DNA from: Longimicrobiales bacterium
GTDB lineage: Bacteria; Gemmatimonadota; Gemmatimonadetes; Longimicrobiales; Gaopeijiaceae
NCBI GenBank assembly: GCA_965202805.1
Contig: OZ241869.1
Coordinates: 3,956,863-4,020,862 of the forward strand
DNA length: 64,000 nucleotides
Direction: 5' to 3'
Position 1 is the stretch's first letter. The number at the start of each line of letters is the position of its first letter. Of the stretch, positions 40,335 to 49,893 are shown piece by piece. The notes under the pieces are model-generated. The model was not told the DNA's origin, ran no database searches, and worked only from the letters and a program-made list of their open reading frames with translations. Position numbers and translations under genes: made by a program.

Positions 40335-41483
40335 ATGACTGATCGCTCTTCTTCTTCCCGCACGGGGACGCCCGATGATCCCCGCTCACGCGCCTGGGTG
40401 GAGGTCGACGCCGCGGCATTGCGCGCTAACCTGGCGCACATCCGGCAGGCTGCCGGGGCCGCCGCCGCGGTCGTCCCGATGATCAAGGCGAACGCGTACG
40501 GCCTGGGCGTGCGCGACGCGGTGGCGGTGCTGGAGGCCGAGGAGCCGGACGGCTACGGGGTGGCGACGGTGGAGGAGGGGCTGGAGGTGCGGGCGCTCGG
40601 GGTCGAGCGCCCGGTGCTGGTGATGACCCCGCCTCCCGCCTCCTCCCTTCCCGCGGCCCTGGAAGGCGGCCTGACCCCGTGCTTCTCCGACCTGGACGGC
40701 GTGCGCGCCCTGGCCGCCGAGGCCGCCCGGCGCAGGCGCCGCGCCAGCTTCCACGTGGAAGTGGACACGGGGATGGGCAGGGCCGGTCTCGACTGGCGCT
40801 CGGCCGCGGCATGGGGAAGGGAAGTGGCGGCGCTGGCCGCTCTCCCGCTCCGCTGGGGCGGATGCTACACCCACTTCCACTCGGCCGACGAGGACGCCGC
40901 CACCATCGACCGGCAGTGGGCGCGCCTGCAGGAGGCCGTCGGCCACCTGTCCCTGCCCGCGGGTGCGTGGGTCCACGCCTGCAACTCGGCCGGGGTCCTG
41001 CGCCGCCCCCGGTACGCGGCCAGCGCGGTACGCCCCGGCATCTTCCTCTACGGGGGAGCATCCGCTCCCGACCTGCCCCGGCCGGCTCCGGTGGCGGCCG
41101 TGCGCGCCCGCATCACCCTGGTGCGCGACGTGCCCGCCGGCAGCTCCCTGGGGTACGGGGCCACCCACGTGGCGCGGGAGCCCGAGCGCTGGGCCACCGT
41201 CGCGATCGGGTACGGCGACGGCCTGCCGCGCGCCCTGGGAAACCGCGGGCACGCCCTGGTGCGCGGGCGGCGGGTTCCCCTGGTCGGAAGGACCTCCATG
41301 GACGTGACGGTGGTAGAGATCTCGCGCGTCCCCGACGCGCGCGCCGGCGATATCGTTACATTTATCGGTTCCGACCGGGATGAGGAGATCACGGTCGAAG
41401 AGGTGGCGGATCGGGCCGGCACCATCAACTACGAGGTCCTCACCGGCCTGACCGGCCGACTTCCGCGGATCTGGCAAGCATGA
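40335..41483 (+). CDS. alr: Alanine racemase
   Basis: RAWVEVD, KANAYG, HVEVDTGMGR, HACNS, RPGIFLYG, GYGDG and GTINYE. Confidence 0.95.
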   Translation: MTDRSSSSRTGTPDDPRSRAWVEVDAAALRANLAHIRQAAGAAAAVVPMIKANAYGLGVRDAVAVLEAEEPDGYGVATVEEGLEVRALGVERPVLVMTPPPASSLPAALEGGLTPCFSDLDGVRALAAEAARRRRRASFHVEVDTGMGRAGLDWRSAAAWGREVAALAALPLRWGGCYTHFHSADEDAATIDRQWARLQEAVGHLSLPAGAWVHACNSAGVLRRPRYAASAVRPGIFLYGGASAPDLPRPAPVAAVRARITLVRDVPAGSSLGYGATHVAREPERWATVAIGYGDGLPRALGNRGHALVRGRRVPLVGRTSMDVTVVEISRVPDARAGDIVTFIGSDRDEEITVEEVADRAGTINYEVLTGLTGRLPRIWQA

Positions 41484-43156
41484 CGGACGCCTTCGAGCGA
41501 CTTCTCAAGCGTGCGCGCGCCGCGCGCGAGCGCGCCTATGCTCCCTACTCCGGGTTCCAGGTGGGTGCCGCGCTGGAGACGGCGGACGGCGCCGTCTTCT
41601 CGGGATGCAACGTGGAGAACGCTTCCTACGGCCTCACCCTGTGCGCCGAGCGCTCGGCGCTGGCCGCGGCCGTGGCTCGTGGCCACCGGTCATTCACCCG
41701 AATCGCCCTGAGCACCTCGTCCGGGCCGCCTGCCTCGCCCTGCGGACTGTGCCGCCAGGCCCTCGCCGAGTTCGCGCCCGGGCTCTCCATCCGCTCCGAA
41801 TCCCCGGAGGGAACCGCCGACTGGAGCCTGGCGACGCTTCTGCCCGCGCCCTTCCGGCTGAAATCCGCCGCCCGCGCGCTGGCCGCAGTGGCCGCGATCC
41901 TCGCCGGCGCCTGCGGGTACGAGACGCCCACCTCGGTCGAAGGCCTGACCTTCCCGGTCACGGTGGTCACCTCGGAGGTCCATCTCTCCCACGACCAGTT
42001 CGCCCGCGGGGTCCAGGTGTTCGGCGGTTTCGGACGCGCATCCGACGTGGCCGTTCCCCTGGTCGCCACCGAGTTCGGCGAAGACGACCTGGAGGCGCGC
42101 ACGCTGGTGCGGTTCGGTCCCATCCCGCGCTCCGCGAGCATTCGCGACACCGCCGGCACGACGGTGACCGACCCGAACCTGACGCTGGTCGGGGGGCGCG
42201 CGGTGCTCCGCTTCGATACCTTGGCCGCACCCTCCGAACCCGTGACCCTGTCCGCATCGCTCATCAGCGAGCGCTGGCATCCGCCTTCCGCCACCTTCGT
42301 CCACGCCGTGGACACCCTCGGAGAACAGGTGCCCTGGGCCGGCCCCGGCGGCGGGGACGCCACGCCGATCGCCACCGCGGTGTGGGATCCGGCGGAATCC
42401 GACTCCGCCTTCTTCGCCATCGATACCCTCGTCATCAAGGCGTGGGATACCGAGGACGAGGCCCGCGGCATGCTCGTGCGGATGGTCACCCCCGGGGCGC
42501 GGGTGAAGGTGCGTTCGGCCAACCTGGTCATGGACGCGCTGCCGTCGATCCGGTCGGACACGATGGTCACCACGGACACCTTTGCCGAACACCTGACCTT
42601 CATCTACGACCCGGTCGCCTCCCTGCCCGAGGGCGCGCTGCAGATCGGCGGCGCCCCTGCCTGGCGCACCGTCTTCGAGGTGCAGCTGCCGGCCTCGGTC
42701 CCCCTCGTGGACGAGAACTGTCCCTCGGGCGGGTGTACCCTTCCCCTCACCGCCGACGGCATCACCCAGGCGGCGCTGGTCCTGACCCCGGGGCCCACCG
42801 GCGCGGCGCTCCGCCCCACCGACACGCTCTTCGTCGACGCCCGCCCGATTCCTTCGCCCGAATACCTGCCGCGCGCGCCCCTGGGCAACTCGATCCACGT
42901 CCCGGTCGCGCAGGTGCCCCCGGAGGCCTTCTCCGGCGAGGAGGGCAGCGTGGTCGAGATCCCCATCACCAGCTTCGTCAGGGATCTGGCGCGGGGCATG
43001 ACCGAGGACAGCGTTCCGGCGCCCAACACGCTGGCGCTGCTGGCCGCCATCGAACCTCAGAGCTTCGAGCTGATGCGGTTCCTGGGGCCGGACTCGAGCT
43101 CGCCGCCGCTGCTTCGCATCCTCGTCAGCCAGCTCTCGGGGATGAGCATGAGATGA
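41480..43156 (+). CDS. cdd: Cytidine deaminase fused in frame to a lipoprotein-like domain
   Basis: aa 1-127: AYAPYS.F.VGAA, NVENASYG, CAER and PCGLCRQ. This is followed with no stop by KSAARALAAVAAILAGA-C (internal lipobox) and ~410 aa of unknown domain. Confidence 0.85.
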   Translation: MTDAFERLLKRARAARERAYAPYSGFQVGAALETADGAVFSGCNVENASYGLTLCAERSALAAAVARGHRSFTRIALSTSSGPPASPCGLCRQALAEFAPGLSIRSESPEGTADWSLATLLPAPFRLKSAARALAAVAAILAGACGYETPTSVEGLTFPVTVVTSEVHLSHDQFARGVQVFGGFGRASDVAVPLVATEFGEDDLEARTLVRFGPIPRSASIRDTAGTTVTDPNLTLVGGRAVLRFDTLAAPSEPVTLSASLISERWHPPSATFVHAVDTLGEQVPWAGPGGGDATPIATAVWDPAESDSAFFAIDTLVIKAWDTEDEARGMLVRMVTPGARVKVRSANLVMDALPSIRSDTMVTTDTFAEHLTFIYDPVASLPEGALQIGGAPAWRTVFEVQLPASVPLVDENCPSGGCTLPLTADGITQAALVLTPGPTGAALRPTDTLFVDARPIPSPEYLPRAPLGNSIHVPVAQVPPEAFSGEEGSVVEIPITSFVRDLARGMTEDSVPAPNTLALLAAIEPQSFELMRFLGPDSSSPPLLRILVSQLSGMSMR

Positions 43157-44373
43157 ACGCCCGCGCCCGTTCCCGCATCGCCGCCCGGGTGGCAGCCGCG
43201 GCGCCCTTCACCGCCGCCGTCCTCGCGCTTCTCGCACTCGTTGCGCCCCGGCCGCTCGTCGCCCAGTCGCTCATCGGCAGCCAGGGCCTGGGCATTCCCC
43301 TGGAGGCGCTCGACGGGCGATCGCGCGCGATGGGGTCGGTGGGCATCGGTCTCTTCGGCGGCGCCGTGCTTCCCACGGATCCGGCCCGCGCCAGCGGGCT
43401 CACCGTCCCCACCATCTCCGTCACCATCCAGCCCAGCCGCGGCGCGGCGACCATCGGCGACCAGAGCGTCCCCATCGAAGGCACGCGCTTTCCCCTGCTG
43501 GCCCTGTCCTATCCGGTGCGCAACTGGGGGGTCGCCACCCTGTCCTACGGCGGCCTCCTCGAACAGAACTGGAAGGCCGAGCGGAGTCTTCGCCTCGTCC
43601 AGGAGCAGGACTCGATCGATGTCGCCGACACCTACGAGTCCGATGGCAGCGTGGGCGCGGCCCGCGTCGGCTTCGCGCGCGCCCTGGGCGGAGGCTTTTC
43701 GGTGGCGGCGAACCTCGGCTTCCACACCGGGACCCAGGTGCGGAGCTTCTCGCGCACCATCGGCGTCGTCGAGGAGGACGACGAGGTATCCGGCGACCGT
43801 TTCCGGGAGCGCGGACGCTGGGAAATGACGGGCGCGACCTTCGGGCTGGGCGCCATGTGGGACTTCCGCGACTTCCTGCGAATCTCCGGCAGCCTGACCT
43901 GGTCCGGCGACCTGCAGGCGACCCCGGTGGGGCAGACCGAGGGCGGGGAGGCCCGCTTCGAACTCCCCACGGAATTCCGCGTCGGAGCGAGCGCGATGCT
44001 CACCCCCGTGGTGGCGGCCACCCTCGGTTTCGGGCGATCCAACTGGACGCCGAGCGAATCGGGCGCGGGGGCGGCCGCGCGCGGCGCCGTGACCACCTTC
44101 GGAGGGGGCATGGAGTGGTCGGGGATGGGCCTGTTCGGCCGCAGCCTCCCGGTCCGGGTCGGTTACCGCAGGGCCGAGCTGCCCTTCTCCATCGACGCTT
44201 CGACCCCGACCGAAAGCGGCTTCGCCGCCGGCTTCGGCTGGAACCTGCTCGAGACCGAAGACCTGATCATCGCCGCATTCGACTTCTCGTACGAGAGGGG
44301 CACGCGCGCCACGGATTCCATTTCGGAGTCCTTCTCGCGCTACACGTTCTCCTTCCGGGCATCGAGTTTCTGA
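43153..44373 (+). CDS. Outer-membrane beta-barrel protein (FadL-like)
   Basis: Signal peptide, GRSRAMG motif, alternating beta strands and terminal Phe. Confidence 0.7.
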   Translation: MNARARSRIAARVAAAAPFTAAVLALLALVAPRPLVAQSLIGSQGLGIPLEALDGRSRAMGSVGIGLFGGAVLPTDPARASGLTVPTISVTIQPSRGAATIGDQSVPIEGTRFPLLALSYPVRNWGVATLSYGGLLEQNWKAERSLRLVQEQDSIDVADTYESDGSVGAARVGFARALGGGFSVAANLGFHTGTQVRSFSRTIGVVEEDDEVSGDRFRERGRWEMTGATFGLGAMWDFRDFLRISGSLTWSGDLQATPVGQTEGGEARFELPTEFRVGASAMLTPVVAATLGFGRSNWTPSESGAGAAARGAVTTFGGGMEWSGMGLFGRSLPVRVGYRRAELPFSIDASTPTESGFAAGFGWNLLETEDLIIAAFDFSYERGTRATDSISESFSRYTFSFRASSF

Positions 44374-45812
44374 TGGGAGCCAGGGCCCGCCCCGCCCCGG
44401 CGGCGTCCGTTTCGGCCGTCCGGCTGCCGGTGGCTCCCGGCGAACCCGCTGCGGCTGCCCGCAAGCGCGTCTACATCGAGACCTACGGGTGCCAGATGAA
44501 CATCAGCGACGGCGAGCTGATGGCGGGCATTCTCGAGCGGCGCGGCTACGCCGTGGCCGAAACCCCGGGGCAGGCCGATGTCGTGCTGGTGAACACCTGC
44601 GCCATCCGCGAGCACGCGGAACGGCGCGTCCTCGGCCGGGTGTCGCAGCTGAACGGCCTGAAGCGCGACAACCCGGATCTCGTGATCGGCGTCACCGGCT
44701 GCATGGCCCAGCGCATGGGCGACACGCTGCTCGAACAGGCTCCCTACGTCGATCTGGTGATGGGGCCCGACGGATACCGCGAACTCCCCGAGCGGCTCGA
44801 CGCCCTCGCCGAGCCCGGCCGGCGCCTTTCGGTCCTCTCCCTGGACCCGGCCGAGAACTACGAAGGCCTCGAACAGCGCCGCACCTCGCGCATCTCGGCG
44901 TGGGTTCCGATCCAGCGGGGGTGCGATCACCGCTGCACCTTCTGCATCGTTCCCTATGTCCGCGGCCCCGAGAAGAACCGTCGTCCCGAGGAGGTCCTGG
45001 CGGAGATCCGGGGCATCGCCGCCACCGGCGTCACGGAAGTCACCCTGCTGGGACAGACCGTGAACTCGTACGCCCGGGGGGACTGGAGCTTCGCCCGCCT
45101 GCTCGAGGGCGTGGCCCGCATCCCCGGCATCCGGCGCGTGCGCTTCACCTCGCCGCACCCGAACGACGTCACGCCTGATCTGGTGGAGGTCATGGCTTCC
45201 GAGCCCGCGGTGTGCGAGCAACTGCATCTGCCCGCGCAATCCGGGAACAACCGCACGCTGAAGCGCATGCTGCGCCGCTACTCGGTGGAGAGCTTCCTCG
45301 AGCGGGTGGAGATGGTGCGCGAGGCGATCCCCGACATCGCCCTGTCCACCGACATCATCTGTGCCTTCCCGGGCGAGACCCGGAGCGACTTCGAGGACAC
45401 CCTGGAACTGCTGCGCACGGTTCGCTTCGACGACGTCTACACCTACCGCTACTCGCCGCGCGAGGGCACCCCCGCGACCCGCATGCCGGCGGACTGGTTC
45501 ATCGAGGACGGCGAAGCGGCGGCCCGCCTGCGCGAGCTGATCAAGGTGGCCCGATCCATCCAGACCGCGATCAACCACTCCGAGGTGGGGCGGGTCGAGG
45601 AGGTGCTGGTCGAAAGGGAGGCGCGCGGTCCGGGGCAGATGCTGGGCCGCACCCGGCGCGGCAAGGTGGTGGCGTTTTCGGCGCCCCCGAGCCTCGTCGG
45701 AGCGTACGCGACCGTCGAACTCACCGGCACCACCGGAGCCACGTTCAGGGGCCGGTGGCTCGACGACGAGTCCCATGCCGACAACGGGTACCATCCCGCG
45801 GAGCCGACTTGA
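44373..45812 (+). CDS. miaB: tRNA methylthiotransferase MiaB
   Basis: ETYGCQMN, NTCAIRE, GCMAQ, radical SAM CDHRCTFC, YSPREGT and TRAM domain. Confidence 0.96.
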   Translation: MGARARPAPAASVSAVRLPVAPGEPAAAARKRVYIETYGCQMNISDGELMAGILERRGYAVAETPGQADVVLVNTCAIREHAERRVLGRVSQLNGLKRDNPDLVIGVTGCMAQRMGDTLLEQAPYVDLVMGPDGYRELPERLDALAEPGRRLSVLSLDPAENYEGLEQRRTSRISAWVPIQRGCDHRCTFCIVPYVRGPEKNRRPEEVLAEIRGIAATGVTEVTLLGQTVNSYARGDWSFARLLEGVARIPGIRRVRFTSPHPNDVTPDLVEVMASEPAVCEQLHLPAQSGNNRTLKRMLRRYSVESFLERVEMVREAIPDIALSTDIICAFPGETRSDFEDTLELLRTVRFDDVYTYRYSPREGTPATRMPADWFIEDGEAAARLRELIKVARSIQTAINHSEVGRVEEVLVEREARGPGQMLGRTRRGKVVAFSAPPSLVGAYATVELTGTTGATFRGRWLDDESHADNGYHPAEPT

Positions 45813-46129
45813 GCAGATGGCTCGCGCTGGCCGGGGTGGCGGCCTTCGTCGGCCTGGTGATCTGGTTTACCGCGCATAACGGGGACCAGCGCATTACGCT
45901 CGACCTCGGGTTCGTCCAGTTCTACCGGTTCCCGGTCACGATGGTGGCGTTCGCGGCGCTGCTGGCGGGCATGCTGGTGATGCTCCTGGCCGGACTCCAC
46001 ACCGATCTGCGCGTACGCAAGATCCTCCGTGACCGGCTCATCGAGGAGGCGCGCGCCGAGGGGGCCACGGATCTGACCCAGCGCGACCTTTTCGATGCGG
46101 ATGGGAAAGGGGAGGCGGATAATGCGTAA
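45809..46129 (+). CDS. LapA (DUF1049) family membrane protein
   Basis: TTGA overlap with miaB; TM-F..HN..(I.LDLGF)..P-TM-coiled coil pattern. Confidence 0.75.
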   Translation: MSRWLALAGVAAFVGLVIWFTAHNGDQRITLDLGFVQFYRFPVTMVAFAALLAGMLVMLLAGLHTDLRVRKILRDRLIEEARAEGATDLTQRDLFDADGKGEADNA

Positions 46130-46149
46130 AATGCGTAAAATACGTAATC
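46121..46149. repeat. 29-bp dispersed element, copy 2
   Basis: AATGCGTAAAATGCGTAAAATACGTAATC; contains the lapA stop codon (46127-46129). Confidence 0.9.
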
Positions 46150-46264
46150 CGTCTCCCGGGGGCGTGCGGGTCCCCGATCCCGCGACGCGGACTCCGGGTC
46201 CGATGATCGATCGCCGCATACCGGTTTCCGGCCTGCTGGCCGAGGAGGGCTCCCGAACACCTGG

Positions 46265-48682
46265 ATTCCCCCGGTAGCCTGGCTGGCCCTGGCCTTCGGG
46301 CTGGGGACGGCCCTGGTTCATCTGCCGGCGTGGCTCACGCCGGCGGTGGTGGGTGGATCGCTGCTCGGGTGGCTCATACTTGCATGGGAGCGCCCGCGGC
46401 CGGGCGCCCGCAGCCCGTCTCGGGCTGTCGATCGGACGCCCCCCGTCGTCCGCGGCGCCACGCGCGACGCCGACGTACCGGCGCTCCGGTCCGGTTCCAT
46501 CGGCCGCCTCCGGCTGCGGGTGCTTCCGACCGGTCTGTTGCTGGCCCTGTGCGGCGGGGTGCTCCACGCGACCGCCTCGGCCGGGGCGCGCGCCCGCAGC
46601 TGCCAGCTCGCGATCCCGGACGGCGCCACCCTGGAGCTGCGCGGCTTTTTCGAGGGCGTGCCCGGGGAGGGCGCGGCGCCGTTCCTCGCCCGCTCCGGGC
46701 TTCCCGGGGGATGCCGCGCCCGGGTGCGCGCGGTCGTCCGGGAAGACGTTTCCGTCCCGCCGGCCGCCACCCCGCTGGTAGCCGGCGGCCAGTGGCTCGC
46801 GCGCCCGCTGCGCCCGGGCATGCCGCCCGAATACGCGGGCACCCTGGTGGTGCGCTCCCTCGACGTGGACGCGGCGGCCCGGGCCGTCCCGGTTGCCGTG
46901 CGCCTCCGGGCCCTGGTGCGCGAACGCCTCGACGCGCTCTACCCGGCCCGCGCCGGCCTCGGCGAGGCGCTCATCCTGGCCCGCCGCGAGCGTCTCCCGC
47001 GCGAGGTGCGCGACCAGTGGGCGCGGGCCGGCATCGCCCACCTGCTTGCGATTTCCGGGTTCCACGTGGGGGTGATCGCGGGCATCCTCTACCTGCTCGC
47101 GCGCCGCCTCGGGCTCGGTCCCGGCCGCGCGCCGCTGGCCGCCGCCGCCGGCAGCTGGGCCTACGTGCTCGCGATCGGCTCCCCGGTCGCGGCCACCCGC
47201 GCGGCCTTCATTCTGGCGGCGCTCGCCGCGGGCCGCCTGCTCGGTCGCCGGGTCTCGTCGCTGGGCGCCCTCGCCACGGCCTTCATCGCCCTGCTCGCGG
47301 CCCGCCCCGACGCGATCGTCTCGGTGGCGTTCCAGCTCTCCTTCGCGGGGGCGGCGGGCCTGGTCCTGCTCTCTCCCCCGGTGAGCCGGGGTCTGCGAAT
47401 GGGCCGGCTCGTCCGCCTCCCCGCCGCGCTGCGCACCGGCCTCGCCTCGGGGATCGCCGCCACCGCCGCCACCTTCCCGCTGGTCTCCTGGCACTTCGGA
47501 TACTTCGCGACCGGCGGCATTCCGGTCACCCTGGTCGCGGGACCGCTGGTCGCGGCCGCCATTCCGGGGATCCTCCTCTCCATTCTCCTCTCCTTCTTTT
47601 CGTTCCCCCTGGCGGCCGTCTTCGCGGGGGGCGCCGACCTGTTCCTCCAGGTCGCCGGCGCCATCGTCTCGGCGGTGGTGGACATCCCCGGCGCGGCCGT
47701 GTGGACGCCCCGCTGGTGGATCGTGGCCGGCACCGCCGCCTTCGCCGTCTACGCGCTCGTGGTCCGCGGCCTCGCCCTGCGGCTGCGTCCCCGGGTGCGC
47801 GCGGCCTTGCTGGCCGCCTGTCTCGCGGGCGCGCTGGTGGCCTGGCCCATCCCCGCGCTCGTCGGGCGCGGCGGCGCCATGGAGCTGGTCTTTCTGGATG
47901 TCGGGCAGGGCGACGCCGTGGCCATCCGCACCCCCGGCAGCCGCTGGATCCTCATCGACACCGGCCCGCGCTCGCGCACCTTCGATTCCGGCCAGCGCAT
48001 CGTCGTCCCGTACCTGCGCAGGAGGGGTGTCGCTCGGCTGGAGGCGCTCATCCTCACGCACCCCGACCTCGACCATATCGGCGGCGCCAACGCCGTCCTC
48101 TCGGAACTCACCGTGCCTCGAGTGCTCGATCCCGGCGCCGCCGCCGCCCGTCCCGCCTACGTGGCCGCGCTGGAGCGGGCGCAGGCCCGGGGCGCCACCT
48201 GGTTCGCGGCGCGCGCCGGAGACCGCGTGTCGGCGGACGGCGTCACCCTGGAAGTGCTGCACCCCGGAGGCGCCGCCGACCCCGTGGCCAGCGACGAAGC
48301 CAACGACCAGTCCGTGGTCCTGCTGCTGCGCTACGGCGACTTCAGCGCGCTGCTCCCCGGGGATGCCCCCGCGGCGGTGGAGGAGGCGCTCCTGGCCGCA
48401 GGCCACATCCCTGACCTCGACCTGCTGAAGGCCGGACACCACGGCAGCCGGACCTCGACCTCCTGGAGACTCCTGGAGGCCACCCAGCCCGAGCTGGGCG
48501 TGGTCTCGGCGGGTGCCCGCAATCGCTACGGACACCCGCATCGGATCGTCCTCGACCGCCTCGAGCGCGCCGGCGTCGAGCTTGCCCGCACCGACCTCCA
48601 GGGCGTCGTGCGGGTCCGCGCCTTCCCCACCGGGGACTTCACGCTCTCGGTGGAACGCTGCCCGGTGCTCCCGGCGTGTTAG
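46265..48682 (+). CDS. comEC: Competence protein ComEC/Rec2 (start non-canonical or frameshifted; first GTG at 46346)
   Basis: HLLAISGFH, FQLSF, DVGQGDA, THPDLDHIGG, HHGS and NRYGHP; the frame is open upstream through IPPVAWLALAFGLG. Confidence 0.93.
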   Translation: MPPVAWLALAFGLGTALVHLPAWLTPAVVGGSLLGWLILAWERPRPGARSPSRAVDRTPPVVRGATRDADVPALRSGSIGRLRLRVLPTGLLLALCGGVLHATASAGARARSCQLAIPDGATLELRGFFEGVPGEGAAPFLARSGLPGGCRARVRAVVREDVSVPPAATPLVAGGQWLARPLRPGMPPEYAGTLVVRSLDVDAAARAVPVAVRLRALVRERLDALYPARAGLGEALILARRERLPREVRDQWARAGIAHLLAISGFHVGVIAGILYLLARRLGLGPGRAPLAAAAGSWAYVLAIGSPVAATRAAFILAALAAGRLLGRRVSSLGALATAFIALLAARPDAIVSVAFQLSFAGAAGLVLLSPPVSRGLRMGRLVRLPAALRTGLASGIAATAATFPLVSWHFGYFATGGIPVTLVAGPLVAAAIPGILLSILLSFFSFPLAAVFAGGADLFLQVAGAIVSAVVDIPGAAVWTPRWWIVAGTAAFAVYALVVRGLALRLRPRVRAALLAACLAGALVAWPIPALVGRGGAMELVFLDVGQGDAVAIRTPGSRWILIDTGPRSRTFDSGQRIVVPYLRRRGVARLEALILTHPDLDHIGGANAVLSELTVPRVLDPGAAAARPAYVAALERAQARGATWFAARAGDRVSADGVTLEVLHPGGAADPVASDEANDQSVVLLLRYGDFSALLPGDAPAAVEEALLAAGHIPDLDLLKAGHHGSRTSTSWRLLEATQPELGVVSAGARNRYGHPHRIVLDRLERAGVELARTDLQGVVRVRAFPTGDFTLSVERCPVLPAC

Positions 48683-48767
48683 CGCGAGCGTTGGCGGCCC
48701 GCGAAGGAAGCCCGCCCGGCATTCGAGCGGCGGACTACGGGGACCGGGTCCGAAAGAGGGGGAATCC

Positions 48768-48815
48768 TTGACGGGACTCGGGCGTTTGCCGATTCTAAGT
48801 GTGCAATATTGCACA
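48768..48815 (+). promoter_or_regulatory. Promoter and palindromic operator of the Xre-RES TA operon
   Basis: TTGACG-N17-GATTCT, followed by the perfect 16-bp palindrome TGTGCAATATTGCACA (48800-48815) just before the RBS. Confidence 0.65.
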
Positions 48816-48824
48816 GGAAGGTGA

Positions 48825-49256
48825 ATGACTACCCAGGCTCTGGCCCAGCATCTGGGCGGACGGCAGGCTCTCGGCCGTGACATCCGGTCCGACCTGGACC
48901 TTGAGGACGCGGTCCGGTCCGGGCTGCCCGTCAAGGCCGTTGAGAGCGTGGTGAAGACCGGCGCCCTGCGCGCGTCCGAACTTCATGCGCTGGTCATCCC
49001 GCGGCGTACGCTGGCGCACAGGAAGCGCTTGGGCAGGCGGCTGAGCAGCGAGCAGTCGGACCGCCTCACCCGGGTGGTGCGCGTCGTGGCCTCGGCCGAA
49101 GAAGCCATCGGCGACGGTGCCAGGGCCAGCCGCTGGCTCCGCAAGCCCAACCGTGCCCTCCAGGGACGACGGCCCCTGGATCTTCTGGCCAGCGATGTCG
49201 GCGCCCGCCTTGTGGAGCGGGTGCTGGGCCGCATCGAGCATGGGCTCGGTGCGTAA
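48825..49256 (+). CDS. Xre/MbcA/ParS family antitoxin (DUF2384)
   Basis: VRSGLP, IPRRTLAHR, LS.EQSDR and WLRKPNRALQGRRPLDLL...G...V..VLGRIEHG. Confidence 0.92.
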   Translation: MTTQALAQHLGGRQALGRDIRSDLDLEDAVRSGLPVKAVESVVKTGALRASELHALVIPRRTLAHRKRLGRRLSSEQSDRLTRVVRVVASAEEAIGDGARASRWLRKPNRALQGRRPLDLLASDVGARLVERVLGRIEHGLGA

Positions 49257-49291
49257 CGCGAAGGCCACACTTCCCGGCACGCCGATCGCAC

Positions 49292-49747
49292 TTGGAACTC
49301 TGGCGAATCACCCGCGAAGCTCACGCGGCGCTGGACGGGGAGGGAGCCCGCCTCCACGGCGCACGATGGACTCCTCGCGGAACCCCAGCGGTCTACGCGG
49401 CTTCCCACCTCTCGCTGGCGGCCCTGGAGTACCTGGTGCACATCGATGCGGAGGACGCACCGGACGATCTGGTTGCTCTGCGCATCAGCGTTCCGGACGA
49501 TGTGACCGAACTGGCCTGCGCGCCCGCATCCCTGCCCGCCGATTGGCGGCAGACTCCGTCACCGCCCCAATGCCAGGCGATCGGCACCGAATGGGCCAGG
49601 AGGGGGGAAGAGCTGCTCCTGCGGGTTCCATCCGTGCTCGTTCCCGAAGAGAGCAACGTCCTCGTGAATCCGGTGCATCCGGATGCCGTCGGGGTCCGGG
49701 TCATCGGGTCTCGTTACTTCTCTTACGATGTCCGTTTGTTGACGTAG
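49292..49747 (+). CDS. RES domain toxin (NAD+ phosphorylase family)
   Basis: GEGA..GARW, VYAA...LAALE, VPS and NVLVNP.HPD. Confidence 0.92.
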   Translation: MELWRITREAHAALDGEGARLHGARWTPRGTPAVYAASHLSLAALEYLVHIDAEDAPDDLVALRISVPDDVTELACAPASLPADWRQTPSPPQCQAIGTEWARRGEELLLRVPSVLVPEESNVLVNPVHPDAVGVRVIGSRYFSYDVRLLT

Positions 49748-49893
49748 GTCGATTCCCCCGGCACGACCCACTCCATCGTCTGCCTTGTAGCCGCCGGCGC
49801 GTTCGCCGGAACCCTACCCCGGAGCCCGTGCTCGTGCGACATTGCGAGCCCGACCCGGCGCCACCCTCGCACCCATCCCCATCCCCCCACCCC

